Source: an uncultured Phascolarctobacterium sp.
Lineage (GTDB): Bacteria; Bacillota; Negativicutes; Acidaminococcales; Acidaminococcaceae
Direction of reading: 5' to 3'
Assembly: GCA_947589605.1 (NCBI GenBank)
Contig: CANQBR010000002.1
Coordinates: forward strand, 7,361-71,360
Length of the DNA: 64,000 nt
This document shows, in pieces, positions 1 through 8,562 of this stretch. The notes below the pieces were generated by a model. The model saw only the letters and a list, made by a program, of their open reading frames with translations. It was not told where the DNA came from and did not search any database. Numbering within the stretch: the stretch's first letter is position 1; each line of letters begins with the position of its first letter. The position numbers and the translations under genes are program-made.

Positions 1-418
1 CCACTCGGATGCCGTCCAGTTCGTGCACCGTGAAGCCGTCCCCCGGCACCGCCCATTTTTCCGCGTTGGCCTTCACTACCCGCAATTTATCGTGACGCCA
101 CAGCACGTCGCCCCTGGCACCGATCGCCAAACAGCTGTTGTGAGGCCTATCTTCATCCAAAAAAGCGCAGCCTAAAAATAAAGTCTCTTCGAATTTTTGG
201 GCCGCTTCGCAAAAGGGGTGGAGCAGGCCGTTTTTTGACGAGGCCAGCTGAAAGGGGAGGTCCGAGCAAATCATCTTGTAACCTTGCAGGGCCATCTCCG
301 GGGTCAGCACCCAGCGGGCGCCGTGTTCGGCGGCGAGTTCCATGCCTTTTAAGATTTTCGCAGCATTTTCTCCTTGAGGGCGGCCGCAAAAAGCAAAATG
401 CAAAAAAGCGATCTTCAT
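1..418 (-). CDS. carbon-nitrogen hydrolase (nitrilase superfamily), N-terminal ~139 codons; continues past the left edge
   Basis: My own minus-strand translation from ATG at 418-416 gives MKIAFLHFAFCGRPQGENAAKILKGMELAAEHGARWVLTPEMALQGYKM... It is absent from the ORF track because there is no stop inside the window. It begins 20 nt after the permease stop. Confidence 0.6.
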   Translation of the reverse strand, partial: MKIAFLHFAFCGRPQGENAAKILKGMELAAEHGARWVLTPEMALQGYKMICSDLPFQLASSKNGLLHPFCEAAQKFEETLFLGCAFLDEDRPHNSCLAIGARGDVLWRHDKLRVVKANAEKWAVPGDGFTVHELDGIRV

Positions 419-437
419 AGCTCAAGCGGACCTTTCG

Positions 438-1475
438 TCAAAACGCCTGCTTCTGCAAGCGACGCAGCAGGTAGAGAAAATAGGGAGAGCCCAAGAGGGC
501 CGTCATGATGCCCACCCGCACTTCTGCCGGGGCCATGATGACCCGCCCCAAAGAATCGCACAGCACCAAAAAGAGAGCTCCCCCCAAAGCGCTGGCCGGC
601 AGCAGCACCCGATGATCGGGGCCCAGCAGCAACCGCATCATGTGGGGGATGACCAGCCCTACGAAGCCGATGTTGCCGCTGACGCAGACAGAGACGGCGG
701 TGGTGAGAGAGGCCACGGAGAGGAGGGTGAGGCGAAAGGCGGTGACCGGCATGCCCACAGCCTTGGCCTCCGTCTCTCCCAGCACCAAGATGTTGAGGTG
801 CCGGGCCAAGGCCAGCATCACGGCGAGGCCGGCCAAGATGGGGCCGGCTGCCAGATAAACATGCCACCAGCGGCGGTAATCTAAGCCGCCCACCATCCAG
901 AACAGATATTGCTGTATTTTTTGCTCGTTCATAAAGGTCAACAGGCCGGAGGTGACCGCCCCCAGCAAGATGCCCACGGCCACGCCCGCCAAGAGCAGGG
1001 TCATCACTGCGATCTTGCCGTTGCGCATCGATAAGAACACCGTTAAAAACACGGCGCAGATGCTGCCGCAAAAAGCAAAGGCCGGCATTGCGAAATAATT
1101 GCCGGCCGCAAGGCCCAAAGCGATGGAGAGCACGGCCCCCGTGGCGGCGCCGGCGGAGACGCCGATCAGGCCCGGATCGGCCAGGGGATTGCCGAAGATG
1201 CCTTGCATCACAGCACCGGCGGTGGCCAAAGCAGCGCCCACCAAAACGCCCACCAGCATGCGGGGCAGACGTATGTACCAGATCACCGCGAATTGTTCCG
1301 CGGAAAAACGGCTGCCATCAGCGAAGGGCAAATGAAATTGCCGCAGCAAAACGGCCACGGTGTTATCCAAAGGGATGCGTATCTGCCCGAAGGTGAGGGA
1401 GAGGCAGGCTGCTGCCGCCAAAAGAAGAGCCAAGATCAACAAAGCAAGGCGGCTGCGCCGGGAGGAGCTCATCAT
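438..1475 (-). CDS. FecCD/BtuC-family ABC permease (iron-chelate / haem / corrinoid type)
   Basis: Polytopic hydrophobic protein with a FecCD-like C-terminus (GPDHRVLLPASALGGALFLVLCDSLGRVI...GIMTALLGSPYFLYLLRR). Start moved to ATGATG at 1475, with AAGAGG upstream; the track start 1562 adds 29 implausible residues. Confidence 0.85.
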   Translation of the reverse strand: MMSSSRRSRLALLILALLLAAAACLSLTFGQIRIPLDNTVAVLLRQFHLPFADGSRFSAEQFAVIWYIRLPRMLVGVLVGAALATAGAVMQGIFGNPLADPGLIGVSAGAATGAVLSIALGLAAGNYFAMPAFAFCGSICAVFLTVFLSMRNGKIAVMTLLLAGVAVGILLGAVTSGLLTFMNEQKIQQYLFWMVGGLDYRRWWHVYLAAGPILAGLAVMLALARHLNILVLGETEAKAVGMPVTAFRLTLLSVASLTTAVSVCVSGNIGFVGLVIPHMMRLLLGPDHRVLLPASALGGALFLVLCDSLGRVIMAPAEVRVGIMTALLGSPYFLYLLRRLQKQAF

Positions 1476-1533
1476 TTCGTATACCTCTTTATAAAGTGCG
1501 TTCCATATTTGCGATATTTTTCTATTTAACAAA

Positions 1534-1562
1534 ATATTAAAACATTGCCGCACAAAAGTCAA
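1534..1562 (-). promoter_or_regulatory. sigma70-like promoter for the permease operon
   Basis: The minus strand reads TTGACT - 17 nt - TAATAT, about 55 nt upstream of ATG 1475. Confidence 0.55.
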
Positions 1563-1584
1563 GGCTCAAGGCCTTTTCGGCAAA

Positions 1585-1766
1585 GATGAAAAAAAGAGGA
1601 GCGGCCGTTTGCAAAGCAAAGTCGGTCGAAAAAGAGCAGTAAGTTCGAAAAAGGCAGTCGTTTGAAAAAGGCAGCAGCTTGAAAAAAGGGAGTCGGCTGA
1701 AAAAGCGGGCGCTTGCAAAAAGCAGGCACATTGAAAAAAGGCAGTCGACCGAAAAGAGCGGCAAGT
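1585..1766. repeat. degenerate tandem array, ~10 units of 15-20 nt, consensus TTGAAAAAGGCAGTCGN
   Basis: Read directly: tcgaaaaagagcagtaagt / tcgaaaaaggcagtcgt / ttgaaaaaggcagcagc / ttgaaaaaagggagtcggc / tgaaaaagcgggcgc / ttgcaaaaagcaggcaca / ttgaaaaaaggcagtcgacc / gaaaagagcggcaagt. Confidence 0.8.
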
Positions 1767-1872
1767 TTAAATGAGGCGAGGTCCCCGCAAAAGGACGAAA
1801 AAAATTTTTGTGCGAAAAATTTTATTGAGAAGAATTGCTTGCACAGCTGCGAGAGCTTATTGGCAAAAATTC

Positions 1873-1901
1873 TTGACAGCTATTTTTCCGTGTTGTAGAA
1901 T
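1873..1901 (+). promoter_or_regulatory. near-consensus sigma70 promoter
   Basis: TTGACA (1873-1878) - 17 nt - TAGAAT (1896-1901), 30 nt upstream of ATG 1932. RBS GAGGGAGGGAAG. Confidence 0.7.
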
Positions 1902-1931
1902 TTACTTAACTTCACCGAGGGAGGGAAGAAG

Positions 1932-2249
1932 ATGGCACAACATCCCGCAAGCAAGATCCCCGCAGATCCTCATGGGAAAAAACGGTACGAGAGCGCCAAG
2001 CTCCACGCAGAGGCCGCTGCGGCGGCAGGCAAGTCTTCACAAGAGGTCCATGCGATCTTTGACCGTGTGATGGCCTTCGATCCCAAGACCGATGTCTACA
2101 AATTGTCCCCCGAGGGGCCTCACGCCAAATACCGCTCGGCTTTGATCCATGCGCAAAAAGCCATGGCCGCCGGCAAGGGCAGCGACTACGCTCACAGTAT
2201 CTTTGCCAAGATCATGGCAGGGGAGACCTCCGGCTGCGCTCATCACTGA
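1932..2249 (+). CDS. small His-rich protein with an internal duplication and a C-terminal Cys-Ala-His-His; function unknown
   Basis: Strong RBS and promoter. Residues 14-48 and 64-96 are repeats (HGKKRYESAKLHAEAAAAAGKSSQEVHAIFDRVMA vs HAKYRSALIHAQKAMAAGKGSDYAHSIFAKIMA). 9 His in 105 aa. Confidence 0.7.
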   Translation: MAQHPASKIPADPHGKKRYESAKLHAEAAAAAGKSSQEVHAIFDRVMAFDPKTDVYKLSPEGPHAKYRSALIHAQKAMAAGKGSDYAHSIFAKIMAGETSGCAHH

Positions 2250-2330
2250 GGAAGCGGCCCGCAAAAAGGGCAAAATAAAACTGCAGCTCCGAGAAAAACA
2301 GCTCGGTGTTGCAGTTTTTTCTTTTATCGT

Positions 2331-3167
2331 TCATTGCTCTTTGAGGCGTACCGGCAGCGAGACCTCTACGGCGTATTCGGCGGGGGAGAGGGTCAGCCAA
2401 TGATCTTTGAGGGGCAGCACATAGACGTCGCCGCAGACGGTCAGCTCATGGGTGCGGATGAAATCCCGCAGTTTGAGGGCCAAGGCTTCGCCTTGACCGG
2501 TGAAGGTGCCCCTGAGAGAAACGGTGAGGTAAAGACCGGCGGGGCGGCTGCCGTTGGGGACGGGGCCGCCGCTTTCTTCTCTCACGACGGTGTAATAGGC
2601 TTTGGCGGTGAGAGACCGCCGCTTCAAATATTGAACGCTATCGATGAGCCAGCCGGTGGCCTCCGTTTTAAAACGCTGTTTGGAATTGTTGTGGCGGGCG
2701 TAAGCGGTGACCCGCTCTTTGGGAGAAGAGACAGCGGTGATGTCGGTGATATAAAGAGGCTGCTCTTCTTCCCGGCGCAGAGCGATGACGCCCAAGGTCC
2801 GCTCCTCCGTCTTTTGCAGCTTCAAGGCTACTGCCTCGATGAGCTCTTTATCTCGTTGAGCCCGGGCGATGAGCTCGTCGCAGTCTCGGCGGCGGGCTTC
2901 CAAAAGCTCTCGAAAATTTTTCTCTCCCCGCTCCTCTAAATAGCGCCTGATCTGTTTGACAGGCACGCCCAGCTTGCGCAGGTTGAGGATGATCTCCAAG
3001 GTGAGATATTGGCGGATGGAGTAATGGCGGTAATTGTTCTCCGAGATATATTCCGGCACCAACAGTTTGATCCTGTCGTAATAGAGCAGGGTCTGCCGGG
3101 GGATGTCGAAGAGGGCCGCCAGTTCGCCGGCGGTGTAGAAGGCGGTGGGCAAGGGACCGTCGTTCAT
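2331..3167 (-). CDS. MerR-family transcriptional regulator with a C-terminal GyrI-like (effector-binding) domain
   Basis: N-terminal MerR HTH (YTAGELAALFDIPRQTLLYYDRIKLLVPEYISENNYRHYSIRQYLTLEIILNLRKLGVPVKQIRRYL), a coiled-coil linker and a ~150-aa C-terminal domain. Start set to ATG 3167 with GGGAGAG upstream; track start 3188 is TTG. Confidence 0.8.
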   Translation of the reverse strand: MNDGPLPTAFYTAGELAALFDIPRQTLLYYDRIKLLVPEYISENNYRHYSIRQYLTLEIILNLRKLGVPVKQIRRYLEERGEKNFRELLEARRRDCDELIARAQRDKELIEAVALKLQKTEERTLGVIALRREEEQPLYITDITAVSSPKERVTAYARHNNSKQRFKTEATGWLIDSVQYLKRRSLTAKAYYTVVREESGGPVPNGSRPAGLYLTVSLRGTFTGQGEALALKLRDFIRTHELTVCGDVYVLPLKDHWLTLSPAEYAVEVSLPVRLKEQ

Positions 3168-3405
3168 GGGCACAACTCTCCCTCTCAAAGGTTTTATCTG
3201 CGCTCAATTATAACAAAAGCCCTGCCTTTGCGCAAGAAAAGAGAGGCGCCGGGCCAAGAGGCCTCGGCCCCGCATTTTTTTGAAAAAGCCGGCGGCAAAA
3301 GCTCTCGCCTTTCTCGAAAAAAGCGAAGAGAAAAAAGTTCGGCATGAAGGAGCGCCGGCATTTTGTTTTTAGGTCGGCCCAAAAGCTTCGCTCGGGAAAG
3401 TTTCC

Positions 3406-3436
3406 TTGACTGTATAACTGCTATACAGTTTATTAT
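3406..3436 (+). promoter_or_regulatory. MerR-type promoter: -35 TTGACT, 19-nt spacer carrying the dyad CTGTATA-N5-TATACAG, -10 TATTAT
   Basis: TTGACT 3406-3411; spacer 3412-3430 (19 nt); TATTAT 3431-3436; inverted repeat 3410-3416 / 3422-3428. Sits 34 nt upstream of ATG 3470. Confidence 0.65.
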
Positions 3437-3469
3437 AAAACCGATTACTATTTGCGGGAGGCTATCTTT

Positions 3470-4495
3470 ATGAAGCGAAAGGCAGTTTATCCCTTCACGG
3501 CCATCGTGGGGCAGGAAGCTATGAAGCTGGCCCTGATCCTGAATGTCATCGATCCTTCTCTGGGCGGCGTTTTGATCAAAGGAGAGAAGGGCACGGCCAA
3601 GTCTACGGCAGTGAGGGCCTTGGCTGAACTGCTGCCGGCTTTGACGGCGGTGCACGGCTGCCGCTTTCGCTGCGATCCTGCCGTGCCGGAGCATTTTTGC
3701 GACGATTGCGCCGCTCTGGCTGCCGCAGGGCAGCCTCTGCCGGAGGAAAAAATGAAGATGCGGGTAGTAGAACTGCCCGTCAGCGCCACCGAAGACAGAG
3801 TGGTGGGCACTTTGGATATAGAGCACGCCATCAAACACGGAGAGAAAAAATTCGAGCCGGGGCTTTTGGCGGAGGCCAACCGCAATATTTTATACGTAGA
3901 CGAGATCAATCTTTTGGACGATCACGTGGTGGACGTGCTGCTGGATGCGGCGGCCATGGGGGTCAACACGGTGGAGAGAGAGGGAGTGTCCTATTCTCAT
4001 CCGGCCCGCTTCGTGCTGGTGGGCACCATGAACCCGGAGGAAGGAGACATCCGCCCCCAGCTTTTGGATCGCTTCGGCCTTTCGGTGACCGTGACGGGAG
4101 AGCACGAGCCCTCGCAGCGGGTGGAAGTGATCAAACGCCGCTTGGCTTACGAAGAGGACCCGGACGCTTTTTGCCGCCGCTGGGAAAAAGAGCAGACGCA
4201 GTTGGCAGAGCGCATCATGGCGGCTAGGCAGTTGCTGCCCCGAACGGAGACAGACGACGAACTTTTGCTCAAAGCGGCAGAAGTAGCCGTCGCTTTGCAG
4301 GTTGACGGCCACCGGGCCGACATCACTTTGATCAAGACGGCCCTCACCGTCGCCGCTTTTGAGGGCCGCACCCAAGCGACGAAAGAAGATGTGAAGAGGG
4401 CGGCAGCTTTGGTGCTGCCTCATCGCCTGCGCCGCCTGCCCTTTGAAGAGAAAACGGTGGATTGGGACAAAGTAAAAGAAATTTTAGACGCATGA
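3470..4495 (+). CDS. Mg-chelatase ChlI/BchI-like AAA+ ATPase subunit
   Basis: Walker [10 protein letters not shown] and Walker [13 protein letters not shown]. Long colinear BchI-like blocks ([52 protein letters not shown]; [29 protein letters not shown]). ATG 3470 has GGGAGG 9 nt upstream. Confidence 0.9.
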   Translation: MKRKAVYPFTAIVGQEAMKLALILNVIDPSLGGVLIKGEKGTAKSTAVRALAELLPALTAVHGCRFRCDPAVPEHFCDDCAALAAAGQPLPEEKMKMRVVELPVSATEDRVVGTLDIEHAIKHGEKKFEPGLLAEANRNILYVDEINLLDDHVVDVLLDAAAMGVNTVEREGVSYSHPARFVLVGTMNPEEGDIRPQLLDRFGLSVTVTGEHEPSQRVEVIKRRLAYEEDPDAFCRRWEKEQTQLAERIMAARQLLPRTETDDELLLKAAEVAVALQVDGHRADITLIKTALTVAAFEGRTQATKEDVKRAAALVLPHRLRRLPFEEKTVDWDKVKEILDA

Positions 4496-4511
4496 AGCGA
4501 GAGACAGAGCG

Positions 4512-6449
4512 ATGAAAAAGTTTGAGGGCTATCCCTTCGCCGCCGTGGTGGGGCAAGAAAAAGTGAAAAAAGCTCTGCTGCTGGTGTTGGTCAACTCCCG
4601 TTGCGGCAGCCTCTTGATCGGCGGACGGCGGGGCACGGCCAAATCGGTGACGGCGCGGGGAGCAGAAGAAGTGGCCCAAGGCCGCCGTTTCTTCACCCTG
4701 CCGCTCAGCATCACGGAAGATATGCTGCTGGGCAGTCTCGATCTGGAGCGGACCTTGCAAAAAGGGGTCAGGGCCTTTGCCCCCGGTCTGCTGAGCCGGG
4801 CCGACGGCAACATCCTCTATGTGGACGATATCAATCTTCTGCGCCGAGAAGTGCTGGCGGCGGTGCAGACCGTCCATGCCGCAGGCGTGAACACAGTGGA
4901 AAGGGAGGGCCTCTCCCACCGTGAAGAAATATCTTTCACGCTCATCGGCACTATGGACCCGGCGGAAGGAACTTTCCCCGGGACCGTGCTGGATCGTTTC
5001 GGCCTCTACGTTGAAACGGAAGACATGACGGACGTAAAGCAGCGGGCCGAAGTGATAAGGCGGGCGCTGAGCTTTGCCGGCGACCCAGGGGCTTTCAGAA
5101 AAAAATTCGCCAAAGAAACGGCTGAGCTGCAGCGGCAGCTGGAGCGGGCGCAGCAGCTTTTGCCTCGGGTGGAAGTGCCCGAGGCGATGTTGGAGCTGAC
5201 TGCGCAAATGTGTGCCCGAGCCCTGTGCGCCGGCCATCGGGCGGAGCTTTATCTTTTAGAAGCGGGCAAAGCGGCGGCGGCTCTGGCCGGCCGCACCTTC
5301 GTGTTGCCCGCCGACTTAGATGAGGCCGCCCTTTTCGTTTTGCCTCATCGCATGGGCCGGTCGCCTCAGGCTCAGCAGCAACTGCAAGAAGAGAACGACG
5401 ACTCAAAAGAAGAAGAGGAAAAGCCAGAAAATAGATCTGAAACTCAAAAGGAAAACGAAGAAGAGAGCGCCCCGCAACTTCCTTCGCAAAACAAAAACAG
5501 GGAAGCGGACGGCTCAAAAGACAAAGAAGATAACGAAAACGAAGAGGAAAAAGAAAAAGAGGAAGATCCACACAGTCAGGAGAGCCCTGCCCCTGCCGAC
5601 GAGACAGCCGCCCCTGATAAAAACTTTCCGCCCCTGCAGCTTTTGGTGGCAGCGGGGCGCAGCCGGCAAGAGCGGCGAGGCAGCGGCAAACGGAGCCTGA
5701 CACGCACCTCTTTGAAGCAGGGCCGCTATGTGCGGGCCGAGCTGCCCGGAGGCGAGGCAGACGACATTGCCTTGGACGCCACCATCCGAGCTGCGGCGCC
5801 TTGGCAGCGGTGGCGGGAGCCCCAAGGCTGCGCCCTCACCGTTTGGCAGAGCGACCTGCGGCAAAAAGTGCGGGAGCAGCGCATCGGCAACACTTTTTTG
5901 TTCGCCGTGGACGCCAGCGGCTCCATGGGCGCTTGGGAGCGGATGAGGGCAGTGAAGGGAGCTGTCTTGCAACTGCTGCGGGAAGCTTATCAAAAGAGGG
6001 ACCGAGTGGGCCTCTTGGCTTTTCGCCGAGACAGGGCAGAGGTGCTGCTGCCCTTCACTCACAGCATCGAGCTGGCTCAAAAGGCGCTGGTGCGGCTGCC
6101 CACCGGAGGAAAAACTCCTTTGGCAGAAGGTCTGACGGCGGCCCTGACTATGATAGCGCAAGGCAATAAAGCGCAAAAAGAACAAGAGCCGGTGCTGATA
6201 TTGGTGACCGACGGCCGGGCCAACGCAAGAAGCGGTGCGACAGAGCCGGTGGCCGCGGCCCTAAAAGCGGCGGAGCGCATTCGCAGGGCCAAGATAAAAG
6301 CGGCGGTCATCGATACGGAGCGGGACTTCATCAAATTGGGCATCGCTCAAAAAGTGGCGGCGGCCATGGGGGCTTCTTATCATCCCCTGAGAAAATTGTC
6401 TCAAGAGGGCGTGCTCCGTATCGTAGAAAACTTAGAAGGCGAGCTGTAA
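4512..6449 (+). CDS. Mg-chelatase ChlD/BchD-like subunit (degenerate AAA+ N-domain, acidic linker, C-terminal VWA/MIDAS)
   Basis: N-domain parallels ChlI but has a degenerate P-loop (GGRRGTAKS). A ~90-aa Glu/Asp/Lys/Pro-rich linker follows. VWA domain carries the MIDAS motif FLFAVDASGSMG. Confidence 0.88.
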   Translation: MKKFEGYPFAAVVGQEKVKKALLLVLVNSRCGSLLIGGRRGTAKSVTARGAEEVAQGRRFFTLPLSITEDMLLGSLDLERTLQKGVRAFAPGLLSRADGNILYVDDINLLRREVLAAVQTVHAAGVNTVEREGLSHREEISFTLIGTMDPAEGTFPGTVLDRFGLYVETEDMTDVKQRAEVIRRALSFAGDPGAFRKKFAKETAELQRQLERAQQLLPRVEVPEAMLELTAQMCARALCAGHRAELYLLEAGKAAAALAGRTFVLPADLDEAALFVLPHRMGRSPQAQQQLQEENDDSKEEEEKPENRSETQKENEEESAPQLPSQNKNREADGSKDKEDNENEEEKEKEEDPHSQESPAPADETAAPDKNFPPLQLLVAAGRSRQERRGSGKRSLTRTSLKQGRYVRAELPGGEADDIALDATIRAAAPWQRWREPQGCALTVWQSDLRQKVREQRIGNTFLFAVDASGSMGAWERMRAVKGAVLQLLREAYQKRDRVGLLAFRRDRAEVLLPFTHSIELAQKALVRLPTGGKTPLAEGLTAALTMIAQGNKAQKEQEPVLILVTDGRANARSGATEPVAAALKAAERIRRAKIKAAVIDTERDFIKLGIAQKVAAAMGASYHPLRKLSQEGVLRIVENLEGEL

Positions 6450-6476
6450 AAAAAGCAGGCAGCGGAGGAGGAAGCG

Positions 6477-7289
6477 ATGAAAAAAATTGCAATCTACGGG
6501 AAGGGCGGCATAGGTAAATCCACGACGGCGGCCAATATCTCGGCGGCTCTCAGCCAACAGGGGCTGCGGGTGTGTCAGATAGGCTGCGACCCTAAAAACG
6601 ATTCCACCCGCCTGCTGCTGGGGCAGCTCTGTCGGCGCACGGTGCTGGACACGGTGCGGGACGGGAAAGAAGTGACCTTGGCCGACGTGGTGCACAGCGG
6701 CTACAACGGCATCAAATGCGTGGAGGCAGGAGGGCCGGAGCCGGGAGTGGGCTGCGCGGGGAGAGGCATCATCGTGGCCTTGGAAAAATTGACGGAGCTG
6801 CAGGCTTTGGACGAGGAAGACGTGCTCATCTACGACGTGCTGGGAGACGTGGTGTGCGGCGGTTTCGCCGTGCCCATCCAGGAAGGTTATGCAACCGATA
6901 TCTACATCGTCACCAGCGGCGAATTGATGAGCCTTTATGCCGCCAACAACATCGCCAAGGGCGTGCGCCGCTTTGCTCTCAGGGGCAGAGCACGGCTGGG
7001 CGGGCTCATCGGCAACAGCCGCAACATGCCCAACGAAAAGGAGTTGTTGGAAGCTTTCGCTCGGCGGCTCAACACTCGCCTTATCGCCTTCATCCCTCGG
7101 GCAGCGGTGGTGAACAGGGCGGAGAACCTGCGGCAGACGGTGCTGCAATATGCCCCAGATGATCCTCAGGCGGAAGTTTATCGGCATTTGGCAGCTCGTC
7201 TTTTGAGCAACGAAGAGTTGACGGTGCCTACTCCTTTGGACTTCGAAGAATTGGAAGACTTGGTGATAAAATATGGCGCTGCAGACTAA
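6477..7289 (+). CDS. NifH-like Fe-protein ATPase (nitrogenase-like, group IV/Nfl type by context)
   Basis: [15 protein letters not shown]-loop. [18 protein letters not shown] and [15 protein letters not shown] contain both [4Fe-4S] Cys ligands. Colinear with canonical NifH along the whole length. Confidence 0.92.
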   Translation: MKKIAIYGKGGIGKSTTAANISAALSQQGLRVCQIGCDPKNDSTRLLLGQLCRRTVLDTVRDGKEVTLADVVHSGYNGIKCVEAGGPEPGVGCAGRGIIVALEKLTELQALDEEDVLIYDVLGDVVCGGFAVPIQEGYATDIYIVTSGELMSLYAANNIAKGVRRFALRGRARLGGLIGNSRNMPNEKELLEAFARRLNTRLIAFIPRAAVVNRAENLRQTVLQYAPDDPQAEVYRHLAARLLSNEELTVPTPLDFEELEDLVIKYGAAD

Positions 7290-8562
7290 ACGGTACATCA
7301 ATTGGCGCAACAGCTGCAGCTGCAGCATGACCGGCGTGTGGGAAGCTGTGGCCTTCGCAGAGGGAGCGGTGCTGATCTTTCACAGCCCCCGGGCCTGTGC
7401 CCATGTTGCTCGCACTATGGAGATCTATTCTCACTACCGCACTTTGGGAGACCTGCGCCCCGAGACTCTGCGGCCCATCCCCGTCCTCTCCACCCAATTG
7501 ACGGAGAAGCACACTATTTTCGGCGGGGGCGAGCAGCTGGCCGCCTGTCTGCGCTATGCGGCCGAAAAATATAAGCCCCGCTGTATAGCGGTGGCCAATT
7601 CCTGCGTCAGCGGCGTCATCGGCGACGATGTGGAAGCGGTGGGGGCGGAACTGGAAGAAGAGTTGGGCCTGCCGGTGCTGACTGTTAATTGCTACGGCTT
7701 TTTGAACACAGAATATTACGACGGTTATTATGCCATGACAGAGCAGCTCATCCGCCGCTTTTTTCAAAAGCAGCCCAAAGAAATGGGCACGGTGCTGCTT
7801 TTGGGGGACTGCGGCGGTCCTTGGGGCCTTTACGCCGGTGAAGTTCGACGGCTGCTGCAGGCCCTCGGCCTCAAGATCGTCGGTCAATTCCCCGGCTACA
7901 TGGCGGCGGACGAAATGGCTCGGGCGGCTCGGGCAGAGGCGGCGGTGATCTTGGGCGGCCGCGGCGATCTTTACGAAGGTCTGCGAAAGATCGCTCAGCA
8001 ATTAGAGAGGGACTATGCCGTCAAAGCTCTGGGTGCTTTTTATCCCGTAGATCTTCAACAGACGAAGCAGTGGCTCTTGAGCGTGGCCGGCTTTTTCGAC
8101 AAAGAAGAAGAGGGACGGCGGCTCATAGCGGCGGAAGAAGAAAATTTGCAGAGAGCCTTGGGACGTTTCTTGCCGGTGACGGAAGGGCAGAAAGTGCTCC
8201 TTTGTTTGGGGCGGCAATTGGATTATTTCGACCCGGCCACCACATTGGAACTGATCGAACTTTTACATTTGGACCTTTTGGGCGTGGTGCTGCTGGATGC
8301 TTACGAGCCGGCAGAACGGCGGGAAGTGCTGGCCAAAGTGCGGGCGGCGACAGACGCTCCCGTTCACGACACGACTGCGGCAGAAGGACTGTGCGCTCAA
8401 GCTCGGCTGGTGCTCACCACCCACGAACTGCAATATCCCGTGCCCCAACTTTTTTTGCCTATGATACCCGAGGTGGGATACAGCGGCACTCTGCGCCTGC
8501 TGCGGGCGGTCTATCGCCGCCTCTGCAGCCGCAAAGAGGGAGGAGGGCTCACCTATGTCTGA
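7273..8562 (+). CDS. nitrogenase component-1-type oxidoreductase, NifD/BchN-like subunit
   Basis: 429 aa. Cys15/17, Cys42 and Cys111 ([12 protein letters not shown]) have the spacing typical of NifD/BchN cluster ligands. Start overlaps the nifH-like stop by 17 nt. Confidence 0.75.
   Translation: MALQTKRYINWRNSCSCSMTGVWEAVAFAEGAVLIFHSPRACAHVARTMEIYSHYRTLGDLRPETLRPIPVLSTQLTEKHTIFGGGEQLAACLRYAAEKYKPRCIAVANSCVSGVIGDDVEAVGAELEEELGLPVLTVNCYGFLNTEYYDGYYAMTEQLIRRFFQKQPKEMGTVLLLGDCGGPWGLYAGEVRRLLQALGLKIVGQFPGYMAADEMARAARAEAAVILGGRGDLYEGLRKIAQQLERDYAVKALGAFYPVDLQQTKQWLLSVAGFFDKEEEGRRLIAAEEENLQRALGRFLPVTEGQKVLLCLGRQLDYFDPATTLELIELLHLDLLGVVLLDAYEPAERREVLAKVRAATDAPVHDTTAAEGLCAQARLVLTTHELQYPVPQLFLPMIPEVGYSGTLRLLRAVYRRLCSRKEGGGLTYV

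Noticed and set aside
153-425. A 90-aa minus-strand ORF at the left edge.
   Set aside because: A different minus-strand frame starting at ATG 418 gives a clean carbon-nitrogen hydrolase N-terminus that runs off the window. The listed ORF is the wrong frame.
1585-1766. A CRISPR array, for this repeat and also those at 52650-52795 and 60643-60815.
   Set aside because: The units are directly adjacent, degenerate and have no unique spacers. Unit lengths (17, 48 and 35 nt) without spacers, plus the absence of cas genes, do not fit CRISPR.
1476-3469. A cobalamin riboswitch upstream of the BtuC-like permease or the chelatase operon. I also looked at 55943-56005, upstream of cobU.
   Set aside because: - The inferred 5' UTRs are only ~25-60 nt.
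- I could not find a B12-box-like element or the usual multi-stem architecture.
- The gap before cobU is only ~60 nt and is mostly the tsf terminator.

An Rfam scan would settle this.
5095-5703. ORFs overlapping the ChlD linker (5095-5703 minus, 5320-5700 plus).
   Set aside because: They arise from the low-complexity GAA/AAG/GAG-rich DNA that encodes the acidic linker of the ChlD-like protein. They have no independent signals.
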